In this document: piece by piece, positions 29,665 to 44,764 of the stretch
How positions within the stretch are numbered: position 1 is the stretch's first letter
Layout: each line of letters begins with the position of its first letter
Source of the DNA: Eledone cirrhosa
Lineage: Eukaryota
Reading direction: 5' to 3'
Length of the DNA stretch: 64,000 nucleotides
Assembly (NCBI GenBank): GCA_964016885.1
Contig: OZ024748.1
Coordinates: forward strand, 2,976,001-3,040,000
Made by a program: the position numbers and the translations under genes
Notes under the pieces: model-generated
The model's database searches: none
What the model was told of the DNA's origin: nothing
The model's input: the letters and a program-made list of their open reading frames with translations, nothing else

Positions 29665-31246
29665 CATGTGTGTGTGTGTACATGCGTAAAAATTCCATTG
29701 AAACTGGTTATCTTGTGTTGGAATTCGATTCAATTTCCTTTAGACAAAATGGCGGCTTTTATCTGAGAGGAATATATTGTGTTTCTATTTGCTCACCGCA
29801 CCGCTAAGGACGAACGATGGAACATGGGAACAGTAGAACATAGAAACACCTCTAGCTACACACATTTGTTAAATTACAAACAACAACAACAATAACAACA
29901 ACGGTAACAACAACAGTAACAACAACAGTAACAACAACGACAATGCTATATAGTAACAGATATTGAATAAAAATAGCCACAACAACAATAACAACAGTAA
30001 CAACAACAGTAACAACTACAATGCTATACAGTAACAGATATTGAATATAAATATCAACTACAACAGCAACAACTACAATAGCAATTGCAACAACAGCGAC
30101 ACCTACAACAGCAACAAACAAAGGGGGGTAAATGATGACAAAGAAGCAATGCAGCGTTTAATAAACAAGTTTTCGTGCTATCATTGCATTGAAAAGATTT
30201 TTACCCAGAAGACATTACGGTCGTGTTGTTTCTGACAACCGTTAGTTGTTCGGTTGTTGCTTTTACACATAAAGATGGAGATGGTGGGGGGGGGGGAAGG
30301 GGGGGGGGGGGGGAAGAGAAGGGATAAGGAAAGGAAAGACAAAATATTTCTCATAAAATTACATGAATGAAGGAGCAGAACAAAGTAAAATAATAGTAAT
30401 ATTTGTTTCTACTTTTGGCACAAGGCCAGCAATTACCCAAGTGTATTACTGGTACTTTATTTTATCGACCCCGTAAGGATGAAAGGCAAAGTTTGGTGGT
30501 GGTGGTGATGGAGGTGGTGATGATGTTGATGATCATGGTGGTGGTGATAATGATAATGGTGGGGACGATGATGGTGGTAATGTTGGTGATGGTGGTGGTG
30601 ACGATGGTGGTGGTGGTGACGATGGTGGTGGTGGTGGTGGTGGTGGTGATGATAATGGTAGTGATGGTGAAGACGATAGAGGTGGTGATGATGGTGGTGG
30701 TGGTGGTGGTGGTGGTGATATGGTAATGATGATGATGATGATGATGATGACGATGGTGGTGGTGATGAGGATGATGGTGATGATGATATATTGCAAAATA
30801 TGAACAACGGTGACATGTAACAAAAACAAAAAGAGTTATGAAGATGATGATGATGATGATGATGATGATGATAAGAAGAAGATGAAAAGCAATGTATATA
30901 ACAATGATGTGGTTAATGATGTTTCTTCGCAACAATATTATTATTGGTAATATTAATAACAACAACAACAACAACAACAACTTCCACAGAAACCTGATAA
31001 CATCTTATTAAAATAGGAGGAAATTAGAGGAAAAAACCCGGAGTTATTCCTTTCTTTCTATAAAAGAACATTCCACGTTTCTTAACCTGATAGTAAAGTT
31101 ACACACATATACATATATATACACATACATATACACACACTCTCTCACACACACATGTGTGTGCATATATACATAATACACACACACACATATATATATC
31201 TGTAAATATATATATGTACATAATATACATTATATATATATACTTA

Positions 31247-31278
<32 letters not shown>

Positions 31279-31282
31279 CTCA

Positions 31283-31340
<58 letters not shown>

Positions 31341-31344
31341 CTCA

Positions 31345-31376
<32 letters not shown>

Positions 31377-31378
31377 CT

Positions 31379-31451
<73 letters not shown>

Positions 31452-31527
31452 TCACTCACATATATCTATATCTATATATATATATATATATATATACTCA
31501 CTCACATATATATATATCTATATATAT

Positions 31528-31651
<124 letters not shown>

Positions 31652-31705
31652 ATATATATATATATATTGATATATATATATATATATTGATATATATATA
31701 TATAT

Positions 31706-31775
<70 letters not shown>

Positions 31776-32143
31776 ATGCACAAACGAGTATATTATAAAC
31801 AAACATATAAATATATATATATTGAAATTTGAAGTGAACATTGTAATTTAACCAATAACCAATAATGTTAATAATAATAATAACAATAACAATAATAATT
31901 TCTTTTATTTGCCTCAAGGGCTTCAGATGAACAATTATTGTATAAATATATAAATAAATATATAAATAAATATATAAATAAATATATAAATAAATATATA
32001 AATAAATATATAAATAAATATATAAATACAGAAAAGGTAAAATAAAATAAAATAATTATCTTAACTGAATTAGTTATGAAGTCAGCGAAAAATTTAATAC
32101 CTCCACTACTTTATAAACTAAAATCGTTATATGTTGTTGTTAA

Positions 32144-32390
<247 letters not shown>

Positions 32391-34051
32391 GATGTCGATG
32401 TTATTCTTGTTGTTATTGTTAGAGTTGGTGTTGGTGTTGTTGTTGTCATTGTCGTTGTTATTGTTGTTGTTTATGCGCCATCTATTCAAGAATAAAAAAA
32501 AACTTTACTTCAGTAAATCACCATCATCATCATCATCACCATCATCACCATCACCATCATCACCATCATCATCATCATCACCATCATCACCATCATCACC
32601 ATCATCACCATCACCATCATCATCATCATCATCATCATACTTAGGGAGAATTTCTTAAGCAAAGAAAGACAAGCAAAGAATCATTGGTCCGTTATTCCTA
32701 AAACAAGGAAACAAAACAAAATGGCGGCGGTGGTGGTTGAAGGGGGGGGGGGTCCCCATCTTCTGCATGGCTTCCTTCCTTCTGTGCTGTTAATTCTTCT
32801 TTCTTTCCATCTTTCTTACTTTCTTTCTTTCTCTTGTTTATTCTATGTAAATAGAAATACAAAAGAATTGGGTTTAATTCAATTACTCGGAGATGCACAA
32901 GATACACTCCGGCACCATGACAAGGGACGTATCTCAACGGAGTTGAATGTGTGTCTGTGTTTGTATGTGTGTGTAGTGTGTGTGTGTTTGTATGTGTTGT
33001 GTGTGTGTAGTGTGTGTGTGTGTGTGTATGTGTGTGTATGTGTGTTTGTACATGTGTGTGTTTGTATATGTGTGTGTGAACATGTGTATGTTTGTATGTG
33101 TGTGTGTACATGTGTGTTTGTATGTGTGTTTGTACGTGTGTGTGTTTGTATGTGTGTGTGTGTATATGTGTGTGTGAACATGTGTGTGTATATATGTGAA
33201 TACATGTGTGTGTGTTTTAGTTTGCAGCAGATCTGTCTTATTATTTCGCCTTCTTTCGAGACCTTAAAATATGTGTGTGTGTGCTTGTGTATGTGTGTGT
33301 GCTTGTTTGTGTACATGTGTGTGTGTGAGTTTGTGTGTGTATGTGTTTAAGTTTGCAGCAGATCTTTCTTATTATTTGGCCTTCCTTCGAGACGTTAAAG
33401 TATGTGTGTATGCTTGTAGGTGTTTGTGTGTGTGCGTGTACGTGTTTATGTGTGTTTGTGTGTGTGTCTGTGTGTGTGTGTGAGTTTGTGTTTGTGTTTT
33501 TGTTTGTGTATGTGTGAGAGAAAGAGAGTTTATGTTTATTGTGTGTGTGTGTGTGTGTGTGCACGTGTGTGTGTGTGCACGTGTGTGTGTCTTAGTTTGC
33601 AACAAATCTATCTAATTTAACTTTTCTTCGGCACCTTAAACAATGTGTGTGTATGTGTGTGAGAGAAAGAGAGATAAAGAGATATAAAGAGATAGTGGGA
33701 GTGACAGAGAGATAGAGGGGGGAGGGGTAAAAGAAGAAATGTGAGAGGAAGAGATGGGGGGCGGGGCAAAGTATAGATATGGAAAACATGTAATTCTATG
33801 ATTTGTTGAAGAAATTGACAGAAATAACAAAAATAACTGGACAGAAGAAAATGGAGTTATTTTGACAGCTAGAACAACATTAATTATTATAGAAATATGA
33901 TGTGTTTCTCCTCCAATAGACATGTATAATTACTGGTATGTATGTATTGATATACGTATAGAGGGACGGACGGACGGATGGATGTATATGTGGATGGGTG
34001 GCTGGTTGTATATATGTATGTATATATGTATGTATGTATGTATTATGTATA

Positions 34052-34112
<61 letters not shown>

Positions 34113-34126
34113 TATGTATGTATATA

Positions 34127-34308
34127 GGCGGTGGATTGGCAGTATTGGAAGAGACTCGGGCGCCATGCTTTGTAGCATAGAGTTACGGCCCTTTACGATC
34201 TGAGTTCAAATCGCGCCGAGGTTAACTTTGCCTTTCATCCTTACGGGGTCAATAAAATAAAGTGCACTGAGATAATTGCTGGCCTTGTGCCAAAAGTAGA
34301 AACAATTA
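34127..34308 (+). mobile_element. Full-length SINE, dominant family
   Basis: GGCGGTGGATTGGCAGTATTGG head, GAGTTCAAATCG B box, core, 3' GTAGAAACAATT. Confidence 0.9.
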
Positions 34309-34329
34309 TATATGTATATGTGTATATTA

Positions 34330-37300
34330 TGTGAGGTCGCTCTCGGGTGCTACTGGTAACATGTAACCCGGTACATGGGAGTGAAAGGCCCCCAGTTGTT
34401 GTCACAACACCTTTCTAGGAGAGGGGAGTGAGAGGTCCCCAGTTGTTGTCACAACACCTTTCTAGGAGAAGGGAGTGAGAGGTCCCCAGTTGTTGTCACA
34501 ACACCTTTCTAGGAGAAGGGAGTGAAAGGCCCCCAGTTGTTGTCACAACACCTTTCTAGGAGAGGGGAGTGAGAGGTCCCCAGTTGTTGTCACAACACCT
34601 TTCTAGGAGAGGGGAGTGAAAGGCCCCCAGTTGTTGTCACAACACCTTTCTAGGAGAGGGGAGTGAGAGGTCCCCAGTTGTTGTCACAACACCTTTCTAG
34701 GAGAAGGGAGTGAGAGGTCCCCAGTTGTTGTCACAACACCTTTCTAGGAGAAGGGAGTGAGAGGTCCCCAGTTGTTGTCACAACACCTTTCTAGGAGAGG
34801 GGAGTGAGAGGTCCCCAGTTGTTGTCACAACACCTTTCTAGGAGAGGGGAGTGAGAGGTCCCCAGTTGTTGTCACAACACCTTTCTAGGAGAAGGGAGTG
34901 AGAGGTCCCCAGTTGTTGTCACAACACCTTTCTAGGAGAGGGGAGTGAAAGGCCCCCAGTTGTTGTCACAACACCTTTCTAGGAGAGGGGAGTGAGAGGT
35001 CCCCAGTTGTTGTCACAACACCTTTCTAGGAGAAGGGAGTGAGAGGTCCCCAGTTGTTGTCACAACACCTTTCTAGGAGAGGGGAGTGAGAGGTCCCCAG
35101 TTGTTGTCACAACACCTTTCTAGGAGAGGGGAGTGAAAGGCCCCCAGTTGTTGTCACAACACCTTTCTAGGAGAGGGGAGTGAGAGGTCCCCAGTTGTTG
35201 TCACAACACCTTTCTAGGAGAAGGGAGTGAGAGGTCCCCAGTTGTTGTCACAACACCTTTCTAGGAGAGGGGAGTGAGAGGTCCCCAGTTGTTGTCACAA
35301 CACCTTTCTAGGAGAGGGGAGTGAGAGGTCCCCAGTTGTTGTCACAACACCTTTCTAGGAGAAGGGAGTGAGAGGTCCCCAGTTGTTGTCACAACACCTT
35401 TCTAGGAGAGGGGAGTGAAAGGCCCCCAGTTGTTGTCACAACACCTTTCTAGGAGAGGGGAGTGAGAGGTCCCCAGTTGTTGTCACAACACCTTTCTAGG
35501 AGAAGGGAGTGAGAGGTCCCCAGTTGTTGTCACAACACCTTTCTAGGAGAGGGGAGTGAGAGGTCCCCAGTTGTTGTCACAACACCTTTCTAGGAGAGGG
35601 GAGTGAGAGGTCCCCAGTTGTTGTCACAACACCTTTCTAGGAGAAGGGAGTGAGAGGTCCCCAGTTGTTGTCACAACACCTTTCTAGGAGAGGGGAGTGA
35701 GAGGTCCCCAGTTGTTGTCACAACACCTTTCTAGGAGAAGGGAGTGAGAGGTCCCCAGTTGTTGTCACAACACCTTTCTAGGAGAGGGGAGTGAGAGGTC
35801 CCCAGTTGTTGTCACAACACCTTTCTAGGAGAAGGGAGTGAGAGGCCCCCAGTTGTTGTCACAACACCTTTCTAGGAGAAGGGAGTGAGAGGTCCCCAGT
35901 TGTTGTCACAACACCTTTCTAGGAGAAGGGAGTGAGAGGCCCCCAGTTGTTGTCACAACACCTTTCTAGGAGAAGGGAGTGAGAGGTCCCCAGTTGTTGT
36001 CACAACACCTTTCTAGGAGAGGGGAGTGAAAGGCCCCCAGTTGTTGTCACAACACCTTTCTAGGAGAGGGGAGTGAGAGGCCCCCAGTTGTTGTCACAAC
36101 ACCTTTCTAGGAGAGGGGAGTGAGAGGTCCCCAGTTGTTGTCACAACACCTTTCTAGGAGAAGGGAGTGAGAGGCCCCCAGTTGTTGTCACAACACCTTT
36201 CTAGGAGAGGGGAGTGAAAGGCCCCCAGTTGTTGTCACAACACCTTTCTAGGAGAAGGGAGTGAGAGGCCCCCAGTTGTTGTCACAACACCTTTCTAGGA
36301 GAGGGGAGTGAAAGGCCCCCAGTTGTTGTCACAACACCTTTCTAGGAGAAGGGAGTGAGAGACCCCCAGTTGTTGTCACAACACCTTTCTATGAGAGGGG
36401 AGTGAAAGGCCCCCAGTTGTTGTCACAACACCTTTCTAGGAGAAGGGAGTGAGAGGCCCCCAGTTGTTGTCACAACACCTTTCTAGGAGAGGGGAGTGAG
36501 AGGCCCCCAGTTGTTGTCACAACACCTTTCTAGGAGAGGGGAGTGAAAGGCCCCCAGTTGTTGTCACAACACCTTTCTAGGAGAGGGGAGTGAAAGGTCC
36601 CCAGTTGTTGTCACAACACCTTTCTAGGAGAGGGGAGTGAAAGGCCCCCAGTTGTTGTCACAACACCTTTCTAGGAGAGGGGAGTGAAAGGTCCCCAGTT
36701 GTTGTCACAACACCTTTCTAGGAGAGGGGAGTGAGAGGCCCCCAGTTGTTGTCACAACACCTTTCTAGGAGAGGGGAGTGAGAGGCCCCCAGTTGTTGTC
36801 ACAACACCTTTCTAGGAGAGGGGAGTGAAAGGTCCCCAGTTGTTGTCACAACACCTTTCTAGGAGAAGGGAGTGAGAGGTCCCCAGTTGTTGTCACAACA
36901 CCTTTCTAGGAGAGGGGAGTGAAAGGCCCCCAGTTGTTGTCACAACACCTTTCTAGGAGAGGGGAGTGAGAGGTCCCCAGTTGTTGTCACAACACCTTTC
37001 TAGGAGAGGGGAGTGAGAGGTCCCCAGTTGTTGTCACAACACCTTTCTAGGAGAGGGGAGTGAAAGGCCCCCAGTTGTTGTCACAACACCTTTCTAGGAG
37101 AAGGGAGTGAAAGGCCCCCAGTTGTTGTCACAACACCTTTCTAGGAGAAGGGAGTGAAAGGCCCCCAGTTGTTGTCACAACACCTTTCTAGGAGAAGGGA
37201 GTGAAAGGCCCCCAGTTGTTGTCACAACACCTTTCTAGGAGAAGGGAGTGAAAGGCCCCCAGTTGTTGTCACAACACCTTTCTAGGAGAGGGGAGTGAAA

Positions 37301-38100
37301 GGCCCCCAGTTGTTGTCACAACACCTTTCTAGGAGAGGGGAGTGAAAGGCCCCCAGTTGTTGTCACAACACCTTTCTAGGAGAGGGGAGTGAAAGGCCCC
37401 CAGTTGTTGTCACAACACCTTTCTAGGAGAAGGGAGTGAGAGGTCCCCAGTTGTTGTCACAACACCTTTCTAGGAGAGGGGAGTGAGAGGTCCCCAGTTG
37501 TTGTCACAACACCTTTCTAGGAGAAGGGAGTGAGAGGTCCCCAGTTGTTGTCACAACACCTTTCTAGGAGAGGGGAGTGAGAGGTCCCCAGTTGTTGTCA
37601 CAACACCTTTCTAGGAGAAGGGAGTGAGAGGCCCCCAGTTGTTGTCACAACACCTTTCTAGGAGAAGGGAGTGAGAGGCCCCCAGTTGTTGTCACAACAC
37701 CTTTCTAGGAGAAGGGAGTGAGAGGTCCCCAGTTGTTGTCACAACACCTTTCTAGGAGAAGGGAGTGAGAGGCCCCCAGTTGTTGTCACAACACCTTTCT
37801 AGGAGAAGGGAGTGAGAGGTCCCCAGTTGTTGTCACAACACCTTTCTAGGAGAAGGGAGTGAGAGGTCCCCAGTTGTTGTCACAACACCTTTCTAGGAGA
37901 AGGAAACTCTGTGGCTTCGGAAGCATCCGATGATGTTGACCAGTTCTCCTTTTCGGGTAGTGTCTTCGATGCTCAGAGAGTGGGATTGGTCGAGTGCAAG
38001 GCGGTTCCCCACTTAAATAACCTTCAAAGTACAGGCATTGCTTGTTCAGGATATGTTACAGTTTCGAGTGACTGGCCATAGCCTAAAAGTGCACCAAACT
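34330..38100 (+). mobile_element. Non-coding retroelement fragment, probably an RTE-clade LINE 5' UTR, hosting the 47-bp array
   Basis: Flank 37897-38090 is homologous to 63553-63760; CTAGGAGAAGGAAACTCTG resembles RTE 5' UTR motifs as I recall them (not verified). Confidence 0.5.
34377..37903. repeat. 47-bp minisatellite, about 75 copies (GGGAGTGARAGGYCCCCAGTTGTTGTCACAACACCTTTCTAGGAGAR)
   Basis: Phase recurs at 34441 and 37261 (2820 = 60 x 47); essentially three variable positions. Confidence 0.98.
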
Positions 38101-38195
38101 CTGTAATCTGACAAACGATTGCAGTACTCTTAGCAGAGTTTGCAGCCATCATGAATGTATGTATGTATGTATGTATGTATGTATGTATGTATGTA

Positions 38196-38311
<116 letters not shown>

Positions 38312-38384
38312 TCCTAATCTATTGTACCGTCTTTCGCAGAAACAATAATTGTTTCTAAGGAAGACAGTAGGATGAATGAGTGTG

Positions 38385-39145
38385 ATATGATATAGATATA
38401 CCACAGTGCTATGATATGTAGTGTTATATGATATAGATATACCACAGTACTACGATATATACTGTTATATAATATAGATATACTACAGTACTATAATATA
38501 TAGTGTTATATAATATAGATATACTACAGTACTATAATATATAGTGTTATATAATATAGATATACTACAGTGCTATGATATATAGTGTTATATAATATAG
38601 ATATACCACAGTGCTATGATATGTAGTGTTATATGATATAGATATACCACAGTACTATAATATATAGTGTTATATGATATAGATATACCACAGTACTATA
38701 ATATATACTGTTATATAATATACATATACCACAGTACTATAATATATACCGTTATATAATATAGATATACCACAGTACTATAATATATACTGTTATATAA
38801 TATAGATATATCACAGTGCTATAATATATACCGTTATATAATATAGATATATCACAGTACTATAATATATACTGTTATATAATATAGATATATCACAGTA
38901 CTATAATATATACCGTTATATAATATAGATATATCACAGTATTATAATATATAGTGTTATATAATATAGATATACCACAGTGCTATGATATATAGTGTTA
39001 TATGATATAGATATACCACAGTACTATAATATATACCGTTATATAATATAGATATACCACAGTACTATAATATATACTGTTATATAATATAGATATACCA
39101 CAGTACTATAATATATACTGTTATATAATATAGATATACCACAGT
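38385..39145. repeat. 41-bp AT-rich minisatellite, about 18 copies
   Basis: Unit TATAGATATACCACAGTACTATAATATATAGTGTTATATAA recurs at 38391, 38432 and onward. Confidence 0.95.
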
Positions 39146-40560
39146 CGACATAAAAAAAAGAAACCGCTATGTCAGGTTTTGAACTGGTTATTCAATGTTC
39201 GAAACTGACCAGGGACTGTTTGTCTACCCGAAATATTGGCCAAACATCTTGGCTTTACAAAAAATAAATAAGATAAAATAAAATAAAGGTGGACCTTAGA
39301 AAAAAAGGGACATTACGAAAAAATCAGATTTTAAATAATCAGATCTTACTAAGGTCGACCCATGTAAAATTGGCTCCTTGTTTTGTTGTTGTTGCTGTTG
39401 TTGTGTTGTTGTTCTTGTTCTTGAGGGGTGGGGGGAGAAATAAGGGGTTGAAAATGACCGATCGTAAAGAGATTGCAGTTTTCCGTCCAGTAACGGTCAT
39501 TTTTATAGTTATTGATGACCAAGATAATGTTTGGTGTTAGTGAGGGTTCCTTCTGGTGGGTCTTAACAGATTATCTGATTGGGGGGGGGGGGGTAGAGAG
39601 GAGGGGGAGAAAGAGAGCGGTGTGAGAGAGGACAGGGGGTGAGAGATACCTAGAAGACGAGGTGGGATAGACAGGCAGACAGAAAGGAGAGAAGAGGGAT
39701 GGGTGGAAGTGGGAGTGAGAGAAGAGAGAGAGGGGGGTGCCATTATGAGCTGAGAAGGAGGGAGGGAGTGAGAGAGGGGACAGAGAGGGGTGCCACTATG
39801 AGCTGAGAAGGAGGGGGGGAGTATATAGGTGAGGGAGTGACAGATGAGAGAGAGAGGAGGTAATAGAAGAGAGAGAGTTTTACTAAGAGCTGACAAGAGA
39901 GAGGGAGTAACATAAGAGAGAGAGTGTGTGCCACTTAAGAGCTGACAAGAGAGAGAGAGAGTAACAGAAGAGAGAGGGAATAACAGAAGAGAGAGAAGGT
40001 GCCACTAAAATCAGGCAAGAAAGAGAGAGAGAGAGAGAGAGAGTAACAAAAGAGAGAGGGTGTAATAGAAGAGAGAGAGGGTGCCACTAAGATCAGACAA
40101 GAGAGAGAGAGAGAGAGAGAGAGTAACAGAAGAGAGAGAGGGTGCCACTAAGATGAGACAAGAGAGAGAGAGAGAGTAACAGAAGAGAGAGGGTGCCACT
40201 AAGATGAGACAAGAGAGAGAGAGGTAGAAGGATGTTAGGTGTTGTAATGATGTCAGTCATTAAGGTCAATCCAATGTTATCGCCATCTCTGTAGCAGACG
40301 ATAATGTAATGGCCTTGTTGTTGTTACTAGTGTTCAATGGTCACTTACTCATTGACCGTTTCATTAAACTGACCATAATAAACACCTATCCTGCTCTACT
40401 TCTGCCATTCTCTTTTATCTTTTTATTTTCTTCTATTGCTTTCTATCTATCGTGCTTTCCTTCATTGTGTGTGTATATATTAATATATAGTATATATATA
40501 TATATATAATATATATATATATTATATATATGTCTCTCTACCTAGCGATCTGTCTGCCTG

Positions 40561-40591
<31 letters not shown>

Positions 40592-41401
40592 TTATATATA
40601 TATATGTGTGTGTGTGTCTATATATCTATCCGTCTATCTATCTGTGTATCTATCTATCTCTCTCTCTCTCTATATATATATATGTCTATCTACATCTATC
40701 TATCTGTCTGTCTGTCTGTCTATCTATCTGTCTGTCTGTCTGTCTCTCTGTCATCCTACAGGTCAGTCTTACTCTAATCAAGCTTTACTTCCTCCCCAAA
40801 TAGTCTTACTATCTTATCTCTTATCAATGTCTTTCCTTGTTTCTTGCTTACAATTTCTGATAGCTAATCTTGTTAATGTTATTGTCATCGTCAATGTAGT
40901 TATTGTCGTTGTCATTGTTGTTATCATTGTTGTTGCTGTTGTTGTCATCGTTATTGTTGTTATTGTTGCTGATAAACAGTAGCCCTTCTTCCCAATACCC
41001 CCCTCCCCACCCAGATCAGCTCTTTTGCCAAAATCTTTAAAACTTTGTTGTGTTGAACAGAGCTAAGGGTCGGAAGATGTCAATTATATTCCTCCTTGTT
41101 CTGGGTCCTTCCACCAACACCAGCACCGCCACCACTATCACCACCACCACCACCACAAGCACCACCACAACTTCCCCCACCATCAGCACTACCACAACCA
41201 CCAGCACCGCCACCACTATCACCACCACCACCACCACAAGCACCACCACAACTTCCCCCACCATCAGCACTACCACCACCGCCACCATCAGCACTACCAC
41301 CACGACATCCCCACAACCCCCTTCACTGTCATCATCATCACGTGTTAGCAACAATTATCATTGTTATTGATAATAGTGATGATGATGATGATAATAATAA
41401 T

Positions 41402-41614
41402 GGTTTCTGATTTTGGCACAAAGTCAACAATGTTTTGAGGAAGGGAAAGTCGATTAAATTGACCCCAGTACATTACTGGTACTTTATTTTATCGACCCCG
41501 GAAGGATGAAAGGCAAAGTCAACCTCGGCGGGATTTGAACTCAGGCCGCAAAGGGACGTAACTATGCTGGAAAGCATGGCGTCCGACCCTCTACCGATAC
41601 TGCCAATCCACCGC
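41402..41614 (-). mobile_element. Full-length SINE, dominant family (long 3' variant)
   Basis: Complete head CCAATCCACCGCC, B box and core. Confidence 0.9.
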
Positions 41615-42039
41615 CGCCACCAGCGTTATTAATAATAATAACAGTAATAACGGTAATAACAGTAATAACAGTAATAATAACAGTAATAACAGTAATAATA
41701 ACAGTAATAACAGTAATAACAGTAATAATAACAGTTATATACAGTGTGTAATCTCTGTGTCATTCTTATAGTTTAGATCTCATTTTACGGATCACAGATC
41801 TTCGCTTGTCAAAAATTGACGTGATAAATCTAACAACAACAACAATAACATAACGATGACAACAACAACACCAACAACAATGAATATAATCAGTGAATAA
41901 GGAAAAAGAAGGGAAGAAGAGGGGGAAAGACAACAACAACAGCAACAGCAATAACAAATCTTGATAGTTGATAAGCGAAAATGAGAGTTTGTGATATCAG
42001 CCAAGCTATATTGGTGGATAACTTAGGAGTTAGTGTATG

Positions 42040-42072
<33 letters not shown>

Positions 42073-42215
42073 ATGTGTGTGTGTGTGTGTGTGTGCGTGT
42101 GTCTATATATATATATGTGTATGTGTGAATATATGTAAATATGTGTGTGAGTGTGTGTATGTGTGTGTGTGTGTGAATATATATAAATATGTATGTGTGT
42201 GTGTATATGTATAAA

Positions 42216-42259
<44 letters not shown>

Positions 42260-42443
42260 TGCGTACATATATGTATGTGAGCGTATATATATATACGTGT
42301 GTATATATATATACATATATATTTGTGTGTGTTTAAAACCATCAGCCAATCAGAGAGACTGCTGGCTGTAGTGAGCCAGCCATTCAGCTGCTCCATACAA
42401 CTGAATACGAATCTATAAACACATCTTTAGTTGTGTGTATGTA

Positions 42444-42618
<175 letters not shown>

Positions 42619-42727
42619 AAAAATTGAACGGGAACAAAACAGGGAGGCAGTACGAACAAAGGTTTATTAGTTTCACGCTCTTGAGAGTGGGGTGATATGC
42701 ACACACATATGTATACATATTAAGTAC

Positions 42728-42775
<48 letters not shown>

Positions 42776-43008
42776 GTGTGGTTTTTTTTACAAAATGAAA
42801 AATAACCGAGGTGTATATACATATATATATTTATATATATATACACCAACTATATATATGAAAAAATGGGGAGAAGAATACAGCAGGTTGCACATGGATA
42901 ACATGTAATAAAATAAGTCCCTCATCAGTGATTTGCCGACGATCATAGATATTTCATTGCATTAAAAATCATATACCTCACGTCGGTGCAATAATAACTA
43001 AATTAAGT

Positions 43009-43077
<69 letters not shown>

Positions 43078-43080
<3 letters not shown>

Positions 43081-43310
43081 TTGCGAGGTTTTTGATATGA
43101 AATCGTGTGTCGAAACAAATATTGTTATACTTGGGGAGGGTCATATTTGTGTAATAATATTACCAGAATTAATAACAGAACACACTCACTGTTTGGTTGG
43201 TTTTCGCCGCTTCTATGTCTTTTATATCGGTTAATTTAATTTATTCGGTCCTCAATGTTACCATTGACTGACCAACGGTCAAAAATACAGATACAATATA
43301 GACACAAACA
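43078..43310 (-). mobile_element. (TA)n-inserted element family D
   Basis: First about 100 bp homologous to the fold-back element at 63235-63353. Confidence 0.7.
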
Positions 43311-43322
43311 CATATATATAGT

Positions 43323-43368
43323 CTAACAAAGTTCTTTCATTGCACATCTGCAACATCGTCAGTGGTGC
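43323..43368 (-). ncRNA. Hammerhead core remnant
   Basis: Minus strand: CUGACGA-UG-UUGCA-GAUG-UGCAA-U-GAAA; stems III and I lost at a TA tract. Confidence 0.45.
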
Positions 43369-44290
43369 TATTGTTTCCTCCCGTTGTATTGTATGCCTAC
43401 ATATCATTATCTATAAAAGGCAGATTGTTGTTGTGTGTGTGTGTGTGTGTGTGTTTGCATGTTCCATGTTTATACATTTGCACAATTTCAAACCGATTTG
43501 ACTCAAAGTCTGTAAGAATGTTGTAAATTGTCTAACTTAACGTCAACGACTATTTTTTCTTTCAAACTCACCCACAATTACGGAAATAATCGATAAAACT
43601 AAATACATTACGCTTTACCCCTCTAATACAATTTGAATACCTCTTTCTACTCCCCTTAAAATTCGATAAAACTACATACATGCTGCAACGTTCTCTTATA
43701 TACGCTTAAACTTACAAACTTCCTTTAGGAACGCCGAAGAAAGAAGAGCGAGAGAGAGAGAACGTTTGTTTTGAGTGTGGAACGGTCAAACATTTATTTA
43801 CTTCAATGACAACAATTATTCAAAAGCAACAGATAAATTTATTCAACAACAAAAAAAAATAGCGATAAATCTTTTTTTAAAACATCTTTCAACGAAAGTG
43901 GAAGAAAGAAGTATCAGTTTATTACTATACACAATAATTGTTTCTACTTTAGGCACAAGGCCAGCAATTACCCAGTGCATTACCTGGTACTTTATTTTAT
44001 CGACCCCGTAAGGATAGACAATAATATCCTCTATGAGGTCACTAAACCTCCTAGAAACAACAGCTAACTCTCCCCCATATCACAACCCCTCCCTATTGTC
44101 TTAAATTTAGAAAACACACATTAGTCAACCATGCAGAACAACTCCATCGCAGCTCTGTTGTTCTGGCATCGTCTACGCGTGTGTTACACAAGTACTGTGA
44201 AACAATAAATTTCAAGGTTACTCACATAACTCTGTCATTTAACAGTCAAAACTCCGAGTTACAATACTGAAACTTCATAACAAAAGTATT

Positions 44291-44605
44291 CCTGCAATGT
44301 AATGGACTCGTCCCTGCAATGTAATGTACTCGTCCCTGCAATGTAATGTACTCGTCCCTGCAATGTAATGGACTCGTCCCTGCAATGTAATGTACTCGTC
44401 CCTGCAATGTAATGTACTCGTCCCTGCAATGTAATGGACTCGTCCCTGCAATGTAATGTACTCGTCCCTGCAATGTAATGTACTCGTCCCTGCAATGTAA
44501 TGTACTCGTCCCTGCAATGTAATGTACTCGCCCCTGCAATGTAATGTACTCGTCCCTGCAATGTAATGTACTCGTCCCTGCAATGTAATGGACTCGTCCC
44601 TGCAA
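44291..44605. repeat. 22-bp minisatellite (CCTGCAATGTAATGKACTCGTC), about 14 copies
   Basis: Phase recurs at 44291 and 44401 (5 x 22). Confidence 0.97.
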
Positions 44606-44704
44606 CTCTATTTGACAGCATGTAGCTGTTGTAACGATGAGTTTACTTCCTTTTTATATGTATTCAAATACACTCCCACTTCCTCTCCATCAGAGACAAC
44701 ATTG

Positions 44705-44754
<50 letters not shown>

Positions 44755-44764
44755 TATATATTAT

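Noticed and set aside
34377-37903. CRISPR-like appearance of the 47-bp array
   Set aside because: Units are contiguous with no unique spacers, there are no cas genes and the context is eukaryotic
44246-44621. Repetitive ORFs (LQGRVHYIAGTSTLHCRDEYIT)
   Set aside because: Three-frame translation of the 22-bp minisatellite
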